DNA of 64,000 bases from Solirubrobacterales bacterium (GTDB taxonomy: Bacteria; Actinomycetota; Thermoleophilia; Solirubrobacterales; JACPNS01): NCBI GenBank assembly GCA_051306435.1, contig JBPPNF010000047.1:145-64144 (forward strand), read 5' to 3'. Positions 44,470 to 53,636 of the stretch are shown here, one piece after another. How positions within the stretch are numbered: position 1 is the stretch's first letter; each line of letters opens with the position of its first letter. The position numbers and the translations under genes were made by a program. The notes below the pieces were generated by a model, which was given only the letters and a program-made list of their open reading frames with translations, had not been told where the DNA came from and did no database searches.

Positions 44470-45762
44470 TTGACTGATCTCGAACAGCACCTGAACGCCC
44501 TCGAGGACCAGGGCCTCTACCGCCGCATGCGGCTGATTTCCGGACCGCAAGGTGCGCGCGTTCTGCTCGACGGCAAGCCCGTCCTGCTGATGTGTTCAAA
44601 CAACTATCTCGGTTTGGCGGACCACCCCCGGATCCGTGAAGCGGCCGCTGATGCCGCTCGTCGTTGGGGCGTCGGCTCCAGCGGATCGCGGTTGATCAGC
44701 GGCAACATGACGGTCCACCGCAGGCTCGAGTCGCGCCTCGCGGAGTTCAAGGGCACAGACGCCGCGCTGCTCTTCGGCAGCGGTTACATGGCGAACGCCG
44801 GGATCATTCCCGCGCTCAGCCAAGAGGGCGAAGTGGTCTTCAGCGACGAGCTCAACCACGCCTCGATCGTCGACGGCTGCCGCCTCTCGCGCGCCGAGAC
44901 CTTCATCTACGACCACGGCGACCTCGAGCACCTCGCCTGGGGCCTGCGCCAGGCACGCGGCCGCGCAAGCCTGATCGTCACCGACAGCGTCTTCAGCATG
45001 GACGGCGACATCGCCCCGCTCGAAGGCATCGCCGAACTGGCGAGCAACCACGATGTGCGCGTAATGGTCGACGAGGCCCACGCCACCGGGACAATCGGCC
45101 CCGAGGGTCGCGGGGCAGTCGCCGCGATGGGACTGACCGAAGAGATCGACGTGATCGTCGGCACGCTGAGCAAGGCGCTCGGTGGCTACGGCGCCTTCGC
45201 GGCCTGTGACACGCAGATCGCCCGTTACCTCGTCAACTCCGCACGCAGCTTCATCTACAGCACCGCGCCCTCGCCGCCGGTCGTGGCCGCCGCCGCCGAA
45301 GCGCTCGAGATTCTGATCGAGCAGCCGCGCCGTGTCACCCGGCTGCGCCATAACGCCGAGTACTTCCGCCGCGAACTCGCACGCCACGGCTTCGACGTCG
45401 CCGAAGACGCTGGCAGACTCCGCGCGCCGCACATCGTGCCGCTGGTGATCGGCGAGCCCGAACTCGCCATGAAGATGTCCCAGGAGGCGCTCGAGCGCGG
45501 CGTGTTCGCGCAGGCGATCCGGCCGCCCACGGTGCCCGACGGCATGAGCCGCATCCGCGCCGCCGTGATGGCTTCGCACAAGCCCGACGAGCTCTCATCC
45601 GCCGCAAAGATCCTCGCCAAGGCCGCGATTTCCGTGGGCTTCACGCCGGGTGAGCGCATGCCCGGCGAGTTCGGACCGCCGCAGACGATCACTGCGCAGC
45701 GCGGCCCGGGCGGCGGCAGTCGAGTCTTCGACGAAGACTCGGACGAGTTGGCCGTCGCCTAG
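44470..45762 (+). CDS. bioF: 8-amino-7-oxononanoate synthase
   Basis: Homology-like sequence begins at LTDLEQHLNALEDQGLYRR (TTG 44470; the start is uncertain and the track ORF begins at 44257). NNYLGL, GSGYMAN, DEAHATG and the PLP-lysine context TLSKALG are present. Has a ~45-aa C-terminal extension. Confidence 0.8.
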   Translation: MTDLEQHLNALEDQGLYRRMRLISGPQGARVLLDGKPVLLMCSNNYLGLADHPRIREAAADAARRWGVGSSGSRLISGNMTVHRRLESRLAEFKGTDAALLFGSGYMANAGIIPALSQEGEVVFSDELNHASIVDGCRLSRAETFIYDHGDLEHLAWGLRQARGRASLIVTDSVFSMDGDIAPLEGIAELASNHDVRVMVDEAHATGTIGPEGRGAVAAMGLTEEIDVIVGTLSKALGGYGAFAACDTQIARYLVNSARSFIYSTAPSPPVVAAAAEALEILIEQPRRVTRLRHNAEYFRRELARHGFDVAEDAGRLRAPHIVPLVIGEPELAMKMSQEALERGVFAQAIRPPTVPDGMSRIRAAVMASHKPDELSSAAKILAKAAISVGFTPGERMPGEFGPPQTITAQRGPGGGSRVFDEDSDELAVA

Positions 45763-45766
45763 GTCA

Positions 45767-46450
45767 GTGCCCGGCCTGTTCGTAACGGGCACCGGCACCG
45801 GCGTGGGAAAGTCCGTTGTCGCTGCCGCGATCGTCTCCGCGCTGACCGCCCGCGGCCGCAAGGTCGCCGCATTCAAGCCGGCCGTCAGCGGGCTCGATGA
45901 ACCGACCCCCGGTTGGCCGATGGACCACGAACTGCTCGCAGGCGCGACGGGCTGGCAGGCCCCGGCGCAGGTCTCCCCCTTCACGTTCGGTCCGCCGGTC
46001 TCGCCGCATCTCGCCGCAAGCCGGGCCGGAACCCTGATCACGCTCGAGGCGCTGCTTTTCGCCTACGAGCTGGCGAGTGTCGGCGCTGAGCTGACAGTCT
46101 GCGAGGGCGTCGGCGGACTGATGGTTCCCCTGGCCGACGAACCCCCGCTCAGCGTGCTCGATTTCGCGACGGCGATCGCGCTTCCCGTCGTCGTCGCAAC
46201 CCACCCCGGTCTCGGCACGATCAGCGACACCCGCCTGACCGTCGACCGCCTCGAGTCCGAGGGGTTGAAGGTCGCCGCCGTCGTGATCTCCGGATGGCCC
46301 GAGCATCCTTCAGAGATCGAGCTCTCGAACCTGGAAACGCTCGCTCGCCTGTTGCGGGTGGATGTCGCGACGCTACCGCTCACCACCCCCGATCGCCTCG
46401 CTCAGGACGCCGCAGACCTACCCGTAGAACGTTGGATCTCCACGGCCTAG
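45767..46450 (+). CDS. bioD: dethiobiotin synthase
   Basis: GTG 45767 gives VPGLFVTGTGTGVGKSVV (P-loop). KPAVSG and EGVGGLMVPL are typical BioD blocks. Confidence 0.8.
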   Translation: MPGLFVTGTGTGVGKSVVAAAIVSALTARGRKVAAFKPAVSGLDEPTPGWPMDHELLAGATGWQAPAQVSPFTFGPPVSPHLAASRAGTLITLEALLFAYELASVGAELTVCEGVGGLMVPLADEPPLSVLDFATAIALPVVVATHPGLGTISDTRLTVDRLESEGLKVAAVVISGWPEHPSEIELSNLETLARLLRVDVATLPLTTPDRLAQDAADLPVERWISTA

Positions 46451-46460
46451 GATCTGATCC

Positions 46461-47786
46461 ATGACGAGTGGCGACCTTGCCGAGCTGGACCGGCGCTACA
46501 TCTGGCATCCCTTCACCCAGCAGCAGGGCTGGCTGACCGAGGACGCCCCGATCATCCGCTCCGCGAAGGGCTGCATCCTGATCGATGTCGACGGTCGCGA
46601 CTACATTGACGGCGTCTCGTCGCTCTGGTGCAACGTGCACGGTCACCAGCACCCGAAGATCGACCAGGCCGTGCGCGACCAGCTCGGTCGCGTCGCCCAC
46701 TCGACCATGCTCGGACTGTCGCACGAGCCGGGAATCCAGCTCGCCCAGCGACTGATCGAGCTCGCGCCCGAGCGCCTGACGCGCGTCTTCTACTCAGACA
46801 GCGGATCGACCGCGACCGAGATCGCGTTGAAGATCGCCTTCCAGCACTTCCAGCAGTCGGGCCAGCCGCAACGCACGCGCTTCATGTCGATGCGCGACGC
46901 CTACCACGGCGACACGATCGGCGCGGTCTCGGCCGGCGGAATCGACCTCTTCCACGCCACGTACGGGCCTTTGCTCTTTGAAACGCTGAAGACCACCCCG
47001 GGCGACTTCGAAGAACTCGAACGCAACTTCGCGCAGTACGGCGGTGAGCTCGCTGCGGTGATGATGGAGCCGTTGGTGCAGGGCGCTGCGGGGATGATCC
47101 TCCACCCCACCGGCTTCCTGCGCAAGGTGCGCGAGCTCTGCGACAGGCACGGCGTGCTGCTGATTCTCGATGAGGTGGCGACGGGCTTCGGTCGCACCGG
47201 CACGATGTTCGCCTGCCAGCAGGAAGGCGTCGAGCCCGACATCATGTGCGTTGCCAAGGGGCTCACCGGCGGCTACCTCCCGCTCGCCGCAACGATGACC
47301 AGCGAGATCATCTACTCAAGCTTTCTCGGCGACCACACCGAGCACAGGACCTTCTTCCACGGCCACACGTACACCGGCAACCCGCTCGCCTGCGCTGCCG
47401 CCATTGCGACGCTCGATGTCTTTGAACAGGAGCAGACGCTCGACCACGTGGCAGACCTCTGCGTTCTGGTCGGCGACCTGCTGAGGCCGATCGCCGACCT
47501 GCCGCGCGTCGCCGAGGTCAGGCGCCGCGGCCTGATGGTCGGGATCGAGCTCGAGGGCTTCCCCGTCGAGGCCCGGGCAGGGCATCAGGTCACGCTGGCG
47601 GCGCGTCGGCGCGGAGCGATCATCCGCCCACTCGGCGACACGGTCGTGCTGATGCCGCCGTTGGCGATCAGCCCCGAAGAGCTGCGCCGCCTGATCGACA
47701 TCACTGGCGAATCGATCGCAGAAGTGTCGGCCGATGCATCTTCCCGAGAGGAACCCACCGTGCGCAGGGCGAAGGTCAGGGTCTGA
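46461..47786 (+). CDS. bioA: adenosylmethionine-8-amino-7-oxononanoate aminotransferase
   Basis: 441 aa. WHPFTQ, DGVSSLWCNVHGH, DEVATGFGRTG and the PLP-lysine context VAKGLTGGYLPL. Confidence 0.9.
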   Translation: MTSGDLAELDRRYIWHPFTQQQGWLTEDAPIIRSAKGCILIDVDGRDYIDGVSSLWCNVHGHQHPKIDQAVRDQLGRVAHSTMLGLSHEPGIQLAQRLIELAPERLTRVFYSDSGSTATEIALKIAFQHFQQSGQPQRTRFMSMRDAYHGDTIGAVSAGGIDLFHATYGPLLFETLKTTPGDFEELERNFAQYGGELAAVMMEPLVQGAAGMILHPTGFLRKVRELCDRHGVLLILDEVATGFGRTGTMFACQQEGVEPDIMCVAKGLTGGYLPLAATMTSEIIYSSFLGDHTEHRTFFHGHTYTGNPLACAAAIATLDVFEQEQTLDHVADLCVLVGDLLRPIADLPRVAEVRRRGLMVGIELEGFPVEARAGHQVTLAARRRGAIIRPLGDTVVLMPPLAISPEELRRLIDITGESIAEVSADASSREEPTVRRAKVRV

Positions 47787-48382
47787 TGCCAGTTGAACCG
47801 CGCCCAGCTTCTTCGGTCCTCGTCCTCCGCGACGGGGACGACGGAATCGAGATCCTCTTCGTCCAGCGCTCGATGTCGCTCAAGTTCATGGGCGGCGCCT
47901 GGGTCTTCCCCGGCGGAACGCTGCTCGCCGACGACGGCGACATCGAGGACGATTTCGCATGGAAGACGGCGGGCGCACGCGAGACCTTCGAAGAGGCCCG
48001 GATCAGCCTTTCCGACCCCGCCGAGTTAGTGCCGTTCAGCCGCTGGATCACGCCCGAGATGGCGCCGATGCGCTTTGACACCCGCTTCTACCTGGCGCTG
48101 GCGCCGGAAGGCGCAGAGCCGGCCCCTGACCGCCGCGAAGTCGACCGCGCGGAGTGGTGGACGCCCGCCAAGGCGCTGCACCTCTTCGTGAAGGACGAAG
48201 CAGACCTCCATTTCCCGACGATCAAGCAGGTCGAGAAGATCGCACTTTTCGAAGAGGCCGCCCACGCGCTGGACGCGTACACCGGTGTGCCCGTGGAGAC
48301 GATCCTCCCGCGCGTCGCCGCGAGCGACGAAGGCTTCGAGATTCTGCTGCCCGGCGACCCCGGCTACGAACAGGCCACCTAG
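47786..48382 (+). CDS. Nudix-like hydrolase (divergent Nudix box)
   Basis: 198 aa. GGAWVFPGG...RETFEEARI resembles the Nudix box, but with an unusually long insert between the Gly and RE elements. Its start overlaps the bioA stop. Confidence 0.55.
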   Translation: MPVEPRPASSVLVLRDGDDGIEILFVQRSMSLKFMGGAWVFPGGTLLADDGDIEDDFAWKTAGARETFEEARISLSDPAELVPFSRWITPEMAPMRFDTRFYLALAPEGAEPAPDRREVDRAEWWTPAKALHLFVKDEADLHFPTIKQVEKIALFEEAAHALDAYTGVPVETILPRVAASDEGFEILLPGDPGYEQAT

Positions 48383-49386
48383 GCGAGCGCCAGCGCGAAG
48401 CGCTCGTCCTCGTCGGTGTACCAGTCCTTCAGCGCCAGCCCGGCTTCTTCGAGCGCGGCGACGAACCCCTCGCGGGTGAACTTGCGGCTGATCTCCGTGC
48501 GGATGTCCTCGCCGGCGACGAAGTCGATCGTCAGGTCGATCGCCGCGATCCTCACCACCTGGTTGCGAGTGGCGCGCAGACGCATCTCGATCCACTGGTT
48601 CTGTTCGTCGAAGAAGGCGACGTGCTCCCAGCGGTCGAGATCGAAGTTGCCACCGAGGCTCGTGTTGATCGATGACAGCACATTCTTGTTGAAGGCGGCC
48701 GTCACGCCGGCCGAGTCGTTGTAGGCCGCTTCGAGCTCGTTCGTGTCCTTGACGAGGTCGATCCCGACCAGCAGCGAGTCGTTGCGCTCAGCGAGAAACG
48801 CCATGCGCCTCAAAAAGAAGAGCATCTCATCGGGGGTGAAGTTTCCGATCGTGCCGCCGAGGAAGGCGAACAGTCGGCCGTCCGCATGCGGCAGGCCGCC
48901 GAGGTGCTTCTCAAAATCGCCGATCACGCCATGGACCCGCAGGCCCGGGTAGTCGCCGACCAGCCGCACGGAGGCCTCGCGCACCGCAGACTCAGAGAAC
49001 TCGATCGGCACGTAGAGCGCCTCGCCCTTGCTCGCCAACAGAGGCCGCAGCAGATGCTCCGTCTTCAGCGAGGATCCTGAGCCGAGCTCGACCAGCGCGG
49101 TTGCCCCGGCGGCGTCCACGATGTCCGCGCCGCGGGCCTCGAGGATCGATTCCTCGGCGCGCGTCGGGTAGTACTCGGGCAGCTCACAGATCTGGTCAAA
49201 CAGCTCGGAGCCCTTGGCGTCGTAGAAATATTTCGGCGGGAGCGCGCGCGGCCGCGCCATCAGACCGCGGCGCACGTCGTTGGCGAACGCGGTGATCCAT
49301 TCTTCGCCGCGGTAGATGTCGAGCCGCACATCGGGCTTCAGCTCCGCGAATTCGAGTTCAAGTGCGTGTTCTGCGGTGGGGTTCAA
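48379..49386 (-). CDS. egtD: L-histidine N-alpha-methyltransferase
   Basis: 335 aa. LPPKYFYDAKGSELFDQICELPEYYPTRAE, ELGSGSS and FLGGTIGNF match the EgtD family. Confidence 0.85.
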   Translation of the reverse strand: MNPTAEHALELEFAELKPDVRLDIYRGEEWITAFANDVRRGLMARPRALPPKYFYDAKGSELFDQICELPEYYPTRAEESILEARGADIVDAAGATALVELGSGSSLKTEHLLRPLLASKGEALYVPIEFSESAVREASVRLVGDYPGLRVHGVIGDFEKHLGGLPHADGRLFAFLGGTIGNFTPDEMLFFLRRMAFLAERNDSLLVGIDLVKDTNELEAAYNDSAGVTAAFNKNVLSSINTSLGGNFDLDRWEHVAFFDEQNQWIEMRLRATRNQVVRIAAIDLTIDFVAGEDIRTEISRKFTREGFVAALEEAGLALKDWYTDEDERFALALA

Positions 49387-50726
49387 GTGGCGCTCCTGGC
49401 GAGCCGGATTCCGGAGAAGATCTGCCGGCGCTGCGGCAGATCCCAGTTGCGGAAGCGGTTTGTGACGGTGCGGGCGCGAGTGGCCCAGGATCCGCCGCGC
49501 AGTACGCGGTAGCCGTCGTCGAAGAATGGTTTGGAGTACTGCTCGTAGGCGAACGGCGCGAAACCCTCATAGGCCGAGAACTCACTGCCGGTCCACTCCC
49601 AGACCTGGCCGAGCATGTCGATCGGGGCGAATCCGTGATCGGTGCTGCCGACGGGATGCGCGCCGAAGGCGAGTTGGTCGAGGTTGGCGGCGCCCGGAGT
49701 CCAGTCTTTGTCACCCCAGGCGTGCCTGCGCCGCGGCCCCGTCGCGCCGGCGCGCGGGTCGTACGAGGCAGCGACCTCCCATTCGAATTCGCTGGGCAGC
49801 CGGTCGCCGTGGGCGCGGGCGTAGGCCGAGGCCTCGTGCCAGTTGACGTGGCAGACCGGCGACGCCGGATCAATCGCGCGGCGCTCGCCAAAATCCTCGG
49901 TGGCCCAGCCGTGCTCGTCGCGGATCCAGCCGAGCGGCGCAGGGTCGAACAACCTGCCCTGCTCTACCAGCCAGCCCCAGCCCTCCGGGGTCCACCACTC
50001 TGGCTTCTTGTAGCCGCCGAGCTCGATCCACTCGGCGTAATCGCCATTGGTCACCGGGCGGGTCGCGATCGAGAACGGTTCGAGCGATCGGGTGTGCGAC
50101 CTGAGCTCGTTGTCGTAGACGAGCGCGCCGTCTTCGGGCTCGCTGCCGATGCGGTAGTCGCCGCCGGGGAAGGCGATCCAGTCGCTGCTGCCCGAGGCCG
50201 GGCGGTAGGCGCGCGATGCGGCCTCGCGGAGGCGGATGTGCTGGGATCCGGTCGGCGGAGCCAGGTACTCGTTCGCAAGGGCCGGCGGAGGCATGTATCC
50301 CTTCAGCTGACGCAGCGCCTGGAGCATCGTCTCGTTGTGCTGCTGCTCGTGCTGGATCACCAGCTCGACCAAGAACGGGTCAAGCTCGTCAAACCGCTGG
50401 AACACCTGCTCACGCACGGCCCCCATGTAGGTGAAGCACTGATCGCTGCTCAGGACAGCAAGTTCACCGCGCTCTGCGCGCGGATGGTCGAAGGGGTTGT
50501 AGACGTCGTCGAGCGCGGCGGCGTCGCTGCCGAGCAGCCAACGCTGCTCGAAGTTGGCGATGTGTCCGAGATCCCAGATCAGCGGCGAGAGCAAGGGGTC
50601 GACAACCCGCGCGAGGTCGTCATCGTCCACGCCCGCAATCAGCGCGAGCGTGCGGTCCCGTGTGCCTGCCAGCACTGCCGCCTGCTCGCCCGCGATCACT
50701 GCCCCCCTCATGGCGCGAGATTCCAT
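49383..50726 (-). CDS. egtB: ergothioneine biosynthesis sulfoxide synthase
   Basis: 447 aa. N-terminal DinB-like iron site (WDLGHIANFEQ, HEQQHNE) plus a C-terminal FGE-sulfatase-like domain (NVWEWT-type GQVWEWTGS, RGGSW). Overlaps egtD by 4 nt. Confidence 0.85.
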   Translation of the reverse strand: MESRAMRGAVIAGEQAAVLAGTRDRTLALIAGVDDDDLARVVDPLLSPLIWDLGHIANFEQRWLLGSDAAALDDVYNPFDHPRAERGELAVLSSDQCFTYMGAVREQVFQRFDELDPFLVELVIQHEQQHNETMLQALRQLKGYMPPPALANEYLAPPTGSQHIRLREAASRAYRPASGSSDWIAFPGGDYRIGSEPEDGALVYDNELRSHTRSLEPFSIATRPVTNGDYAEWIELGGYKKPEWWTPEGWGWLVEQGRLFDPAPLGWIRDEHGWATEDFGERRAIDPASPVCHVNWHEASAYARAHGDRLPSEFEWEVAASYDPRAGATGPRRRHAWGDKDWTPGAANLDQLAFGAHPVGSTDHGFAPIDMLGQVWEWTGSEFSAYEGFAPFAYEQYSKPFFDDGYRVLRGGSWATRARTVTNRFRNWDLPQRRQIFSGIRLARSAT

Positions 50727-50763
50727 CCGGCCACTCTACGCAGAATTGGCGTTCGACGTGTCG

Positions 50764-52698
50764 ATGGCCATCGCAACAACGATGGTGATTAAGGTGTTCT
50801 TCAACCTGGTGTCTTCAAACCACCGACAACTGAATCCCCGCACGGTCGCTCTGGCGGCCGTACTTGTATCCGCTCTGCTTCTGGCAGTGACGGCCGGCTC
50901 CGCGTCGGCCGCGAGCGTGCCGAGCAAGGGCGCGCCGTTCAGCTACGGCCAGGACAACCGCTACACGCTCGGCGGCACCTGGTTCCTGAAGGCCGACCCG
51001 ACCGACGCAGGTCGCGCGGCCGGCTTCGAGACGACGAAGAACTTCTCCTCATGGAAGAAAATCACCGTCCCGAACGCATTCAACGCCGGCGACTCGTCAG
51101 AGGCCAGCTACACCGGCAGCATCGCCTGGTACGCCACGCAGTTCAACCGTCCGTCCGCGCCCGGCGGATCGAACTGGATCCTCCAGTTCAACAGCGCCAA
51201 CCTGCGCGCCGACGTCTACCTCAACGGCCGCAGAGTCGGCGGTCACCTCGGCGGCAACATTCCCTTTGAAGTACCCGCCTCAAGCATGAGGAGCGGCAAG
51301 AACACGCTCATCGTGCGCGTCGACAGCCGGCTCTCGCTCACCTCGGTGCCCTCGATCGAAGAGCGCATCGATCAGCTGACCGGCGGGTGGTGGAACTTCG
51401 GCGGCCTGCTGCGCGAGGTCGTGCTGCGACGCGTCGGTCGATATGACATCTCGTCCGTGGCAACCCGCTCTGCTTTCACCGCGTCAAGCGGAAAGTCCAA
51501 GGGCTCGGCCCGCATCACGGTACTCGCGACCGTCAAGAACTTCGGTCGCCGCGGGCGTGTCCAGTTGCGTGGCAGATACGGCACGTCCACGATCCGGTTC
51601 CGCCGGACTCTGCTGCGATCCGGCGCGACAGCGCAGCTGGTCGGAACAGCGACCGTACGCAAGCCGAAGCTGTGGTCCCCGCTCTCGCCGAAGCTCTACA
51701 GCGTGAAGGTCAGCGCCCCGGGCGTGTCCTGGACCTCGAAGGCAGGCATCCGCAAATACACGGTCTCGGGCAGGGGCGTACTCAGGATCAACGGTCTGAA
51801 GACCCGCCTACGCGGCGTCAGTTTCCACGAGTCGGATATTGCGACCGGCGCCGCCTGGAGCCCGGCCCAACGCGCCGCCAACAACGCATTGTTCAAGAAG
51901 CTCGGCGTGAAGATGATCCGCACGCACTACCCGATGGCTCCGCAACAGATGGAGTGGGCCGACAAGAACGGTGTCTTCGTCTGGCTGCAGGTGCAGTCCT
52001 TCCGGCCGCGCAACCCGCAGCTGCGCTCGCCGACCTACCGCAAGCAGGTGACCGCGCTCACCCGCGAGATGGTCGCGCGGTACCGGCAGTACCCGTCTGT
52101 ACTGACATGGAACCTCAGCAACGAGGCCGTGCCGTCGGACACCAAGTACCTCGACGCGCTGTTCGTTCAGCAGATCAAGGCCGTCAAGGCGCTCGACCCG
52201 CAGGGGCTGATCAGCGCTGACTACGCGTCGGCGCCAGAGGATGAGCTTCAGCATCCGGCCTACCGCCGCATGGACATCCTCGGCATCAACGAGTACTTCG
52301 GCTGGTACCCCGGTCAGCTCGGATCGACGCTCGACATGGCCGGAATGCGCCCGTACCTCGACTACCTGCACAGGATCTACTCGCGTCAGGCGCTCTTCAT
52401 CACCGAGTTCGGCGCCGAGGCCAGCCGCGAGGGCAGCGCCGACGAACTGGGCACCTACGCGTACCAGACCAACTTCTTCACGCAGCAGCTGAGCATCCTG
52501 CGCAATGTGCCGTATCTCAACGGCCTCTTCGCCTGGGCGCTGAAGGACTACTGGGTGCGCCCCGAGTGGACCGGTGGCAACCCCGATCCGACGCCGCCGT
52601 TCTCACGAAAGGGCCTGTTCCAGGCCGACGGCACCCCCAAACCCGCCGCCGCGCTGATCGAGCGCGAGTTCAAGGCGACGCCGCCCTTGATCAAGTAG
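50764..52698 (+). CDS. secreted glycoside hydrolase family 2 protein
   Basis: Start at ATG 50764 or 50782. Signal peptide ending GSASAAS. MIRTHYP, LTWNLSNE (acid/base Glu context) and GINEYFGWY are GH2 (beta-glucuronidase/galactosidase-like) blocks. Confidence 0.75.
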   Translation: MAIATTMVIKVFFNLVSSNHRQLNPRTVALAAVLVSALLLAVTAGSASAASVPSKGAPFSYGQDNRYTLGGTWFLKADPTDAGRAAGFETTKNFSSWKKITVPNAFNAGDSSEASYTGSIAWYATQFNRPSAPGGSNWILQFNSANLRADVYLNGRRVGGHLGGNIPFEVPASSMRSGKNTLIVRVDSRLSLTSVPSIEERIDQLTGGWWNFGGLLREVVLRRVGRYDISSVATRSAFTASSGKSKGSARITVLATVKNFGRRGRVQLRGRYGTSTIRFRRTLLRSGATAQLVGTATVRKPKLWSPLSPKLYSVKVSAPGVSWTSKAGIRKYTVSGRGVLRINGLKTRLRGVSFHESDIATGAAWSPAQRAANNALFKKLGVKMIRTHYPMAPQQMEWADKNGVFVWLQVQSFRPRNPQLRSPTYRKQVTALTREMVARYRQYPSVLTWNLSNEAVPSDTKYLDALFVQQIKAVKALDPQGLISADYASAPEDELQHPAYRRMDILGINEYFGWYPGQLGSTLDMAGMRPYLDYLHRIYSRQALFITEFGAEASREGSADELGTYAYQTNFFTQQLSILRNVPYLNGLFAWALKDYWVRPEWTGGNPDPTPPFSRKGLFQADGTPKPAAALIEREFKATPPLIK

Positions 52699-52701
52699 TC
52701 G

Positions 52702-53499
52702 CTACTGCGCCGGCGCCCGGTGCTGCCAGCTCTTGCGGCCCTCGACTTCGAAGTCCTCGGGCAGCCGGCCTTCGAGATCGAGCTTTTCGAGATTCGTCTG
52801 CATCGTGACGTGGGCGGCAATGCGCAGTTCCGGTCCCACGTCGCTCCAGACGCGATCGAGCAGCGCTTCGCGGTCGTACAGGCCGTCGCCCAGTGCCGCG
52901 ACGAGGTCGCGCTCGCGCTTCAGCCGGTGTTCACGCTGAGCTTCAACTGCGGCCACTGCGTCTTCGATCGGCTCACCATGACCGGGCAGGATGATGTCCG
53001 GGGCGATCTCGGCGACCTTTGCGAGCGAGTCGAGGTAGGCGATCAACGTGCCACCGCCGGGAGGAACGATCGTCGAGGACTGGCCGAGGATCAGATCACC
53101 GCTGAAGAGAGCGCGGCGGTGCTGATCGCCGAAGTGGAAGACGAGATGGTCGGCGGCATGACCCGGCGTGAACTCGATCTCCAGCGGAACACCAGCGAAG
53201 TCGTCGCCGTGTCGCAGGATCGGCACGCCGCCGACCAGCGCCGCCATCGAGTCCAGGCCTGCGCTGTGATCGAGGTGGTCATGGGTGAGCAGCACGGCAC
53301 GCGGCTCGCCGAGCTCTCGCGCGGCCACGGCGACGGCTTCCAGGTGCTCGAGGTCGTCCGGACCCGGGTCGATCACCCAGCTCCCACGTTCGGTTGCGAC
53401 GATCCAGGTGTTGGTTCCGCCCAGCGTCATGATCGACGGATTGTCTGCGCGCACCAGGCCGACGGTCACGCCGCTGACGCCGGTTTCGATCACTCGCAC
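52702..53499 (-). CDS. MBL-fold metallo-hydrolase
   Basis: HDHLDHSAG (HxHxDH) and PGHAADH. The start is uncertain: GTG 53499 or 53493 is preferred over the track ATG 53586, whose extra residues look non-protein-like. Confidence 0.7.
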   Translation of the reverse strand: MRVIETGVSGVTVGLVRADNPSIMTLGGTNTWIVATERGSWVIDPGPDDLEHLEAVAVAARELGEPRAVLLTHDHLDHSAGLDSMAALVGGVPILRHGDDFAGVPLEIEFTPGHAADHLVFHFGDQHRRALFSGDLILGQSSTIVPPGGGTLIAYLDSLAKVAEIAPDIILPGHGEPIEDAVAAVEAQREHRLKRERDLVAALGDGLYDREALLDRVWSDVGPELRIAAHVTMQTNLEKLDLEGRLPEDFEVEGRKSWQHRAPAQ

Positions 53500-53532
53500 T
53501 GCGTCCCGCCCTGCAATTTTGTGATTAACCTT

Positions 53533-53546
53533 GTAACCATGGTTAC
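53533..53546. promoter_or_regulatory. perfect 14-bp palindrome GTAACCATGGTTAC in a divergent intergenic region
   Basis: Read directly from the sequence. Locally AT-rich, lying between the MBL gene (minus strand) and the DUF4383-like gene (plus strand). Confidence 0.45.
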
Positions 53547-53636
53547 TTGACCGGTGCCTGTGGTGTAGATCTCTCTGGAGGCCCATCCCGGGTCGCCGGA
53601 TACATTCACCGTCGAATTCGAAAGAGGGTGGTTACG

